From a virus (taxonomy: Duplodnaviria; Caudoviricetes): a stretch of 29,551 nt of DNA. The number at the start of each line of letters is the position of its first letter. The stretch's first letter is position 1. Shown here piece after piece: positions 1-5,545 of the stretch. Under the pieces are notes generated by a model, which did no database searches, had not been told where the DNA came from, and was given only the letters and a program-made list of their open reading frames with translations. The position numbers and the translations under genes were made by a program. Where the stretch lies: positions 1 through 29,551 of the IMG/VR virus record IMGVR_UViG_3300027796_000281; one strand, 5' to 3'.

Positions 1-37
1 GATTTTTCTGCCTGATTTTCTTTTTGTTCTTCTTACA

Positions 38-65
38 AGTATCATCAGGTATTATGATTTGTCAA
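38..65 (-). promoter_or_regulatory. Candidate sigma70 promoter pointing left, out of the window
   Basis: Minus strand reads TTGACA-N16-GATACT within the AT-rich 1-135 segment. Confidence 0.45.
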
Positions 66-138
66 GGGGGGAAAGGAAGAAAAAATCATTTTTTTTTGAA
101 GATGAGATATATTAGTTATAAAGAAAGAAAAGGTATGA

Positions 139-226
139 GCAGACGGGAGAGCCCGGGATGAGGCGAAGCAGACCGGCGCGCAGTTTACGCAGACGCGCGG
201 CAAATCCGGTGTGCGACGGCGCAAAT
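139..226 (+). repeat. Degenerate GCAGAC-core motifs, possible transposase-binding sites
   Basis: GCAGAC at 139, 168 and 189 and GCGAC at 213; the last two are followed by GCAAAT. They begin right after the AT-rich to GC-rich transition at ~136. Confidence 0.3.
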
Positions 227-246
227 GTGAAGCATCCGGCGGTGTG

Positions 247-348
247 TGCTCACGCATGCGCGACACGCGCGATACAACCATTCCGAAAACCGTCTGATCT
301 CGGGTATTCCGATTGCTCACGCATGCGCGACACGCGCGATACAACCAT
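247..348. repeat. Two identical 35-bp direct repeats (247-281, 314-348) separated by a 32-bp unique spacer
   Basis: TGCTCACGCATGCGCGACACGCGCGATACAACCAT occurs twice; internal hairpin GCGCG-ACA-CGCGC. Confidence 0.95.
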
Positions 349-362
349 CCGCATGACGGCAT

Positions 363-394
363 AAAAAATCCCCCGGGTGTCACGCCGGAGGATT
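363..394 (-). terminator. Rho-independent terminator of the early operon
   Basis: Minus strand AATCCTCCGG-cgtgacac-CCGGGGGATT followed by TTTT, 7 nt after the last early gene stop. Confidence 0.8.
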
Positions 395-401
395 AGTGCG
401 G

Positions 402-1178
402 TCACCGGAAGGAACCGCTCAGCACTTCCCATGCGAGCGCCGCCACCGCCGGAACCTGTCCGTTGCCAAGGGCGCCGATGCGCTCCATCCGATCGGCCAC
501 CCCATCAGGAGTTCGACACAGCAAACCGTCGGCCAGCAGCCGGTCGCGGTCAGCACTTTGCAGACCAGCGAGTTTTTCCTCGCTCCAAACCTGGTGTTGA
601 CGATCGGCTCCTTCCGGCAGCCGGGACACATGTCCTTCGCCATCGTCCGGATGACGCCGCCCCAGTATCCATAGGCGGTCTCGTTTAATGGGGTAGTTGA
701 GGTGTCCAGCGCCCAGCACACACCATTTCGCATCATACCCCATTTCGGCCAGCGAAGATAAGACTTCCTCGAGTCCGCGACCGGTGAGGAGCGGGCTATT
801 TTCCACGAATGCGAACGCCGGTCGTATCTCGCCGACAATGCGCGCCATTTCCCGCCACAATCCGGACTTTTCCCCGGCGATGCCCTTACCAGTGCCGCAC
901 GAGCTGATATCCTGGCAAGGAAAGCCTCCGCTGACGACGAGATCGCCGGCGACGGTCCGCAGCCATCCGATGTATTCCCGGCATTCCGGGTTGTCGATCC
1001 GGAAGCTCCGGACGTCGTCCCAGATCGGGAACATGGGACAGCAGTCGTCCCTCTGTCTCTGGAGGAGAACCCTCCGGCAGTAAGGTTCGATCTCGACGGC
1101 TCCGACCGTTCTAAAACCGAGAAGGTTTTTTCCGAGAATGCCTCCTCCAGCTCCGGCAAACAACTCCAGCTCATACAT
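402..1178 (-). CDS. C5 cytosine DNA methyltransferase, alpha-like chain
   Basis: Motif I ELFAGAGG, IV GGFPCQDIS, VI FVENSP, VIII KRDRLWI, X ALGNGQVP; no motif IX in this frame. Confidence 0.92.
   Translation of the reverse strand: MYELELFAGAGGGILGKNLLGFRTVGAVEIEPYCRRVLLQRQRDDCCPMFPIWDDVRSFRIDNPECREYIGWLRTVAGDLVVSGGFPCQDISSCGTGKGIAGEKSGLWREMARIVGEIRPAFAFVENSPLLTGRGLEEVLSSLAEMGYDAKWCVLGAGHLNYPIKRDRLWILGRRHPDDGEGHVSRLPEGADRQHQVWSEEKLAGLQSADRDRLLADGLLCRTPDGVADRMERIGALGNGQVPAVAALAWEVLSGSFR
419..1174 (-). CDS. Overlapping-frame methyltransferase beta-like chain (251 aa) carrying a motif IX-like segment
   Basis: Open frame nested in the alpha gene; ATG at 1174 overlaps the upstream stop (ATGA) and lies 8 nt from AAGGAG; C-terminal VELLMGWPIGWS. 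Confidence 0.7.
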   Translation of the reverse strand: MSWSCLPELEEAFSEKTFSVLERSEPSRSNLTAGGFSSRDRGTTAVPCSRSGTTSGASGSTTRNAGNTSDGCGPSPAISSSAEAFLARISARAALVRASPGKSPDCGGKWRALSARYDRRSHSWKIARSSPVADSRKSYLRWPKWGMMRNGVCWALDTSTTPLNETAYGYWGGVIRTMAKDMCPGCRKEPIVNTRFGARKNSLVCKVLTATGCWPTVCCVELLMGWPIGWSASAPLATDRFRRWRRSHGKC

Positions 1179-2064
1179 GGCGCTCCTTTCCGGCGATCCG
1201 CCGCATGGCTTCCGGGTTTCGCCAGAGACATTCGGTCCGGCGCTGTTTCTCCTTGACCTTCCCCGCGCCCTGAAGGCCGCTTATGCGCGTTCTCCCGGCG
1301 GCGGAACAGGTGACCTCCACCTCCAGCTTGTCCCAGCCGGCGGCGGCCAGAGGCGCATACAGAGGGCTGTTATAGCCGCTCAGGACCACAGCCCCGTCGT
1401 AGGACAGCAGCGCGCGGATCAGCGCCTCGTGGTCACTGTCCTTGAGTTCATGCTCGTAACCTCCGGCTTTGCGGCTCCCTGCCACATAGGGCGGGTCGCA
1501 GTAGGCCAGCCAGCCGGGACCGGAGAACCGGCGCAGGACATCGCGCCAGTCGCAGCACTCGATCTGGACGCGCTGCATCCGATCGTGCACCCGGGGAAGG
1601 TTGTCAAAGCTGCTTCGCCAGCGTGCGGTGGTCTCCGCCATGCCTCCGGAGCTGGTGTTGACGGCGGTGCCCCAGCTGCCGCCGAAGATGCCCCCGAAAC
1701 TCTGCTGCACAACGAAATACCACCGGGCGGCCTGTTCGATCGGATCGTGGATCGCGGGCCACGTGCGGAGACACTCCTCGTAGAGCTCGCGGCTGTAGGG
1801 CATTTCCCGGACACGGGCCATAAACGGGCCGAAGTATTCGCGGCTGGCGACCACCCGGAAGAAGCTGACCATGCCGCGGTTGACGTCGTTATACACCTCG
1901 ACCTCGGCCGGCGGCTTGGATATCAGGATCGACGCACCGCCGCCGAAGGGCTCCAGATAGCGCTGGTGGGGCGGCAACGCCTCTAAAATCGCGGACTTGA
2001 TCTTGGGTGCGCCCTTGCCTCCGAACCACGGGAAAGGAGCCCGAATCATCTTTTTTGAATCCAT
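1171..2064 (-). CDS. D12-class (Dam-like) N6-adenine DNA methyltransferase
   Basis: PFPWFGGKG, YLEPFGGGASIL, EVYND, YCDPPY, LSGY, RTECLW; ATG at 2064 with GAAAGGA RBS. Confidence 0.93.
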   Translation of the reverse strand: MDSKKMIRAPFPWFGGKGAPKIKSAILEALPPHQRYLEPFGGGASILISKPPAEVEVYNDVNRGMVSFFRVVASREYFGPFMARVREMPYSRELYEECLRTWPAIHDPIEQAARWYFVVQQSFGGIFGGSWGTAVNTSSGGMAETTARWRSSFDNLPRVHDRMQRVQIECCDWRDVLRRFSGPGWLAYCDPPYVAGSRKAGGYEHELKDSDHEALIRALLSYDGAVVLSGYNSPLYAPLAAAGWDKLEVEVTCSAAGRTRISGLQGAGKVKEKQRRTECLWRNPEAMRRIAGKERHV

Positions 2065-2087
2065 AATGCAATCCTTTCGAAAAACGT

Positions 2088-2225
2088 TTAAAATAAAAAA
2101 GGCCCGGGGATTGCGCAAACCATCCGTTCCGTCTATATTACCTCGTGCCTCACGAGCGGAACGGTTCTGGTGTCGCAACCACCGGGCCCGGGGAGATCCG
2201 GCTGTTGTAAAGCCGGGTTTCTCCC
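2088..2225 (-). ncRNA. Structured leader RNA or attenuator upstream of the adenine methyltransferase
   Basis: Hairpin 2191-2225 (GGGAGA..CCGGCT/AGCCGG..TCTCCC); long hairpin 2101-2188 (GGCCCGG/CCGGGCC, TTGCG/CGCAA, ACCA/TGGT, CCGTTCCG/CGGAACGG, CTCGTG/CACGAG); then a U-tract. Confidence 0.6.
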
Positions 2226-2250
2226 GCTCCCTTTCTTTCCTGCAAAAGCT

Positions 2251-2265
2251 CTAGGTCTTGCCCAT
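2251..2265 (-). other. Minigene MGKT* with strong RBS (leader peptide or gene remnant)
   Basis: Minus strand AAGGAG-ctaagatt-ATGGGCAAGACCTAG. Confidence 0.3.
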
Positions 2266-2285
2266 AATCTTAGCTCCTTTCCCTG

Positions 2286-2720
2286 TTAAAACGGGACTTC
2301 ATTCAGTCGGTTCCGCTCTTTTGCGATGCGATCTTTCAGCGCCTCGATCGCTTTTTTTGCTTCGCCCGGCGTGAACTCATCAAACCGGACATTCTGTCCG
2401 AACCAGCGAACCTTCCCGAACTGGTCGACGAACCCGGCCAGATACGCGGCCGTGCGCTTTTCCTCCGGGAGGAACCGGCTCAATCCCGGCTCGGAGTCCG
2501 TGCCCAGCCAGAGCGCCCAGATTTTGCGCTCCGCGGCGGTCTTCGGCCGCTTCGCACGTACGGGCTCCATAGCTTTCAGCTCGTCCATCACGGCGCGGTC
2601 CTGCGCCGCTGTAAGAAGTTTGGAGCTGCTGACGCCGGCCACGCGCATCAGCAGGGCGCGATAGTCCGGATCAGACAAGCCCAGATGCCCCTTGATCGCA
2701 TGGATGGCCTTGATGCTCAC
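2286..2720 (-). CDS. gemA: GemA/gp16-like regulatory protein (DUF1018)
   Basis: AIHAIKGHLGLSDPDYRALLMRVAGVSSSKLLT, KIWALW, EAKKAIEALK; GTGA overlap with the upstream gene. Confidence 0.85.
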   Translation of the reverse strand: MSIKAIHAIKGHLGLSDPDYRALLMRVAGVSSSKLLTAAQDRAVMDELKAMEPVRAKRPKTAAERKIWALWLGTDSEPGLSRFLPEEKRTAAYLAGFVDQFGKVRWFGQNVRFDEFTPGEAKKAIEALKDRIAKERNRLNEVPF

Positions 2721-3133
2721 AGTTCATGCTCCCATAATCCCTGATGGCCCTTGACAGGAAAGAGCGGCCACGCAAACTGTTCCGCGTCGCGGAGGTACCA
2801 GTGCCAGCACCCCGGCTCTGCCCAGCGGCTCGGTCTGGGAACCGAAAAATGGTGACAGCCCTCGAGATTTACGCGTCCGACGATCGCGCCGAACTCGTTT
2901 GGGCGTCGGGCATCGGCCTTTCCCGCGAATAACATGAAATGTCGGCGCACCTCGTCGGATGCCTGAAGCAGTCCAAGCTCATGCAATCCCGTCAAGGCGA
3001 ACGGATCCCACGTCTTCGACGCATGAATCAGGAGCGGACCTTTATAATTTGTGAACCAGGAGCGGTTCTCGACATCCTTCAGTCCGGAAACGATCAGCCA
3101 CGCCCATGGCTGTTTTACGGTCAAAACTTTCAT
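2717..3133 (-). CDS. ASCH domain protein
   Basis: MKVLTVKQPWAWLIVSGLKDVENRSW..GPLLIHAS, GAIVG, PVKGHQGLW. Confidence 0.9.
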   Translation of the reverse strand: MKVLTVKQPWAWLIVSGLKDVENRSWFTNYKGPLLIHASKTWDPFALTGLHELGLLQASDEVRRHFMLFAGKADARRPNEFGAIVGRVNLEGCHHFSVPRPSRWAEPGCWHWYLRDAEQFAWPLFPVKGHQGLWEHEL

Positions 3134-3339
3134 TTTGGTTTCCCCTTCTCTTTTTCCTTTGCGGCATTACAACAAATACACGAAGCGCCGAACACAATAT
3201 TGTAAACGAACAAGATGCCGGGGGCAAGATACTTCCAGACCGGCCAGGAAATGTAACCGGTCATCTGCATCGTCAGAAGGACGATTTGTGCGATAATAAG
3301 TGTCCAGCCCCATACCTGAAGAATAATACTGCTGATCAT
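3130..3339 (-). CDS. Small membrane protein with two hydrophobic segments
   Basis: 69-aa hydrophobic ORF with basic tail, AAGGAG RBS and ATGA coupling to the ASCH gene. Confidence 0.65.
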   Translation of the reverse strand: MISSIILQVWGWTLIIAQIVLLTMQMTGYISWPVWKYLAPGILFVYNIVFGASCICCNAAKEKEKGKPK

Positions 3340-3355
3340 AATCTTACTCCTTTGG

Positions 3356-3562
3356 TTACATGAAAATTGCGGTGATTTCGTTGTCGGTCATGTCGGATGT
3401 CTTGTCGAGGTCAAAGCGGACATTATGGTTGATCTCCCGGGCGGCGTCCCGGCAGGCATTGAGCCAGGAATCGAGAGACGTCCGGTCGCCACGGGCGGCG
3501 CGGATGATTGCCTCCAGCTCAGCTTTTGAATACTGAAAACGCGTCACGATGGAGAGTTGCAC
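3356..3562 (-). CDS. Hypothetical protein (GTG start)
   Basis: GGAGG-atcac-GTG; fills the operon gap. Confidence 0.6.
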   Translation of the reverse strand: MQLSIVTRFQYSKAELEAIIRAARGDRTSLDSWLNACRDAAREINHNVRFDLDKTSDMTDNEITAIFM

Positions 3563-3906
3563 GTGATCCTCCGATCGATCGCGCAAATCGCGTTGTCGAT
3601 ATAACCGTTTACGATAAGGCGTATGACGGCATACTCATATTTATTGTCTTTAGACGTTAAAAGAGCAAGCACCGCTTGTGCCGGGGCACGGTTAAATTCA
3701 ACAGGCCGTGTATTATAATCCCGAAGATACCAGATCGCCTTTTTGAGATCCTCGATCTCCTTGGACTTGTCGCCCTTGCGGCCCGCTCTCCATAAGTATT
3801 TTACGGCGTTGCCCAACTGGAAGTTTAAATGCCTGGTCAGATCGATGCACTCGATCGTAACGTCGATTCCGGAATAGTGTGCCGGGTGGTTGATGTTGTC
3901 GCTCAT
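3544..3906 (-). CDS. DUF3310 (SaV-like) protein
   Basis: DNINHPAHY, IECID, FQLGNAVKYLWRAGRKG, EDLKKAIWYL. Confidence 0.9.
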   Translation of the reverse strand: MSDNINHPAHYSGIDVTIECIDLTRHLNFQLGNAVKYLWRAGRKGDKSKEIEDLKKAIWYLRDYNTRPVEFNRAPAQAVLALLTSKDNKYEYAVIRLIVNGYIDNAICAIDRRITCNSPS

Positions 3907-4073
3907 TTTCTGCCATACCTTACCTTTCTTGCGCGGATTTTGTTTTTGACCTTATGTTTTGTAGGGCGGTGTTTGTGGTGGGTGAAACGCGGACAATATG
4001 GTTCATAACTGAAAAAATCAGGAATGAATGGTATTGGCCAAAGACGCGATAAACCGAATGAATGTATTTTCAT
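3903..4073 (-). CDS. 56-aa basic small protein missing from the ORF track
   Basis: MKIHSFGLSRLWPIPFIPDFFSYEPYCPRFTHHKHRPTKHKVKNKIRARKVRYGRK; ATGA overlaps at both ends. Confidence 0.65.
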   Translation of the reverse strand: MKIHSFGLSRLWPIPFIPDFFSYEPYCPRFTHHKHRPTKHKVKNKIRARKVRYGRK

Positions 4074-4261
4074 GTTCTTTTTCTCCTTGTCGGTTTGAGT
4101 TTCGATACGACCGATTGCAGTGTCATAAGTTCGTCGTATGTTCGCGGCGCGGGACAGTCGTTTTTGAGATACCAGCGAGCTAGGCGATACAGGGCCGTCC
4201 GCTCTTTCCGGGTCAGCCGCCGGCTGTCGCGCGCGAGTTCAAAAAGTTCACCTTGCGCCAT
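4070..4261 (-). CDS. Hypothetical protein
   Basis: 63-aa ORF in the operon, stop coupled to the next start. Confidence 0.6.
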   Translation of the reverse strand: MAQGELFELARDSRRLTRKERTALYRLARWYLKNDCPAPRTYDELMTLQSVVSKLKPTRRKRT

Positions 4262-4299
4262 TCCCCCCCCCTAAAATTTCCGCAAGCCATGGTGCCCCC

Positions 4300-4512
4300 T
4301 TATTTTGAAACTTGAAATTTGATGTTGCCGGCCAGGACCGGCAATGAAACCTTGTTGGCCAGCTCCTGGGTTTTGCGCCGGGCCGCGCCGATCGCGGACT
4401 CCCGGCTGAGATAAGAGGCGTCGGCAATGAAACAGGTTCGACCGTCGCGGGAGAGGAAATACATCCACTTCCCGTTTTTGTGGCTCTTCCGGATCATCGC
4501 CGAGTAGGTCAT
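4300..4512 (-). CDS. Small protein, possibly YegP/DUF1508-like
   Basis: AAGGAGG RBS; IRKSHKNGKWMYFL..IADASYLSRESAIGAA pattern. Confidence 0.55.
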   Translation of the reverse strand: MTYSAMIRKSHKNGKWMYFLSRDGRTCFIADASYLSRESAIGAARRKTQELANKVSLPVLAGNIKFQVSK

Positions 4513-4525
4513 TGCCTTACCCTCC

Positions 4526-5545
4526 TTATTTATCCTCCGGCCAGGCACCGCCAGACTTGCGCCACTTGACAAAAAGCTGGAGGTCGGCTTTTGTAACCGG
4601 ACGCCCTTTTTCCCTGGCGAATTCCTCGGCGCGGTAAAGGTCTTTGAAAAGAGTCCGGAGCTTGCCGTCCCGGCCGGTTGCCTGGGCGTATGCAAAGGAA
4701 ACCAGCTCCTCGTCCAAGGTGTCGCCGAAGAAGGAGGACAGCACCTGCCGAACTTCATCCCTGCGCGGAACCTTCGGGATCTCGACCGGAAATTCAAGAC
4801 GCCCTAAAAATTGTTCAAAGTAGTCCGCGTTTTTCCCCCTCTTAATCTCTTGCAGATACACGTCCGTAAAGATCAGGGCGACGCCGCATTTGGTGATGTC
4901 GTGCAGGTCGCGCAGCAGCTCGATCGCGCCGCCCGGACGCCCGCTCTTACTGAGGAGATGGCCTGCCTCATCGATGATCAGCACATTGCGCGGTCCCAGC
5001 GCCTTATGAATATTGAGTTCGATATCCGCTGTCGATCCCCGCACGGACACGCCGATCGCGCGGGCAAGCAGGAGAACCAGCGTCCGCCGGGTGCAGTCGG
5101 AGGGAACCCTCAAAAACTTGCTCCGTCCATGATTGTTCTGCTCCGCCCAATATTCGGAGGTGTAGGTTTTTCCGCGTCCGGTAGGTCCCGCGATATAGAC
5201 CATTGCCGCATAGTCGCGGCAGTAGTCCAAGGCTTGAATGATCCGCTCGGCAACGATCGTCCTGACAAGAGGGCGTTGCTTGCGGACGCGCCGGATCAGG
5301 GCATCGATCGCCTCGATTACATCGTCGCGCTTATATTTGGGCTGGCCGTAAAAGCCTGTAAAATACCCGCAGATGTCCTCCCATGGAACCCCGAGTTCCT
5401 TTTCGACCGCATCTTTGGATTTGTTGAGAATGTTGCAGAAATAACCCCAAATCCACTGGAGGCGCTCCTTTTCCTGTTCATTCGGCAAGCTTTCGAGGTT
5501 GCGCCTATAGGCGTCATAACTCAGGTTGACCTTTTCCTCACTCAT
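4526..5545 (-). CDS. MuB-like transposition AAA+ ATPase
   Basis: Walker A GPTGRGKT, Walker B LIIDEAG, LRDLHD; directly downstream of the transposase; ATG at 5545 with AAGGAG. Confidence 0.92.
   Translation of the reverse strand: MSEEKVNLSYDAYRRNLESLPNEQEKERLQWIWGYFCNILNKSKDAVEKELGVPWEDICGYFTGFYGQPKYKRDDVIEAIDALIRRVRKQRPLVRTIVAERIIQALDYCRDYAAMVYIAGPTGRGKTYTSEYWAEQNNHGRSKFLRVPSDCTRRTLVLLLARAIGVSVRGSTADIELNIHKALGPRNVLIIDEAGHLLSKSGRPGGAIELLRDLHDITKCGVALIFTDVYLQEIKRGKNADYFEQFLGRLEFPVEIPKVPRRDEVRQVLSSFFGDTLDEELVSFAYAQATGRDGKLRTLFKDLYRAEEFAREKGRPVTKADLQLFVKWRKSGGAWPEDK

Noticed and set aside
96-122. Rightward promoter TTGAAG..TATAAA
   Set aside because: The 15-bp spacer is too short and such matches are expected in AT-rich DNA.
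247-348. Canonical CRISPR-Cas locus
   Set aside because: Only two repeats, no cas genes and no canonical 3' handle; kept only as a mini-array hypothesis.
45-432. ORFs 45-383, 158-364 and 250-432
   Set aside because: They span repeats, a terminator and promoter-like DNA and lack RBS or protein-like composition.
2101-2225. tRNA gene or known metabolite riboswitch
   Set aside because: No cloverleaf, T-loop or recognisable aptamer consensus; reported only as an unclassified structured leader.
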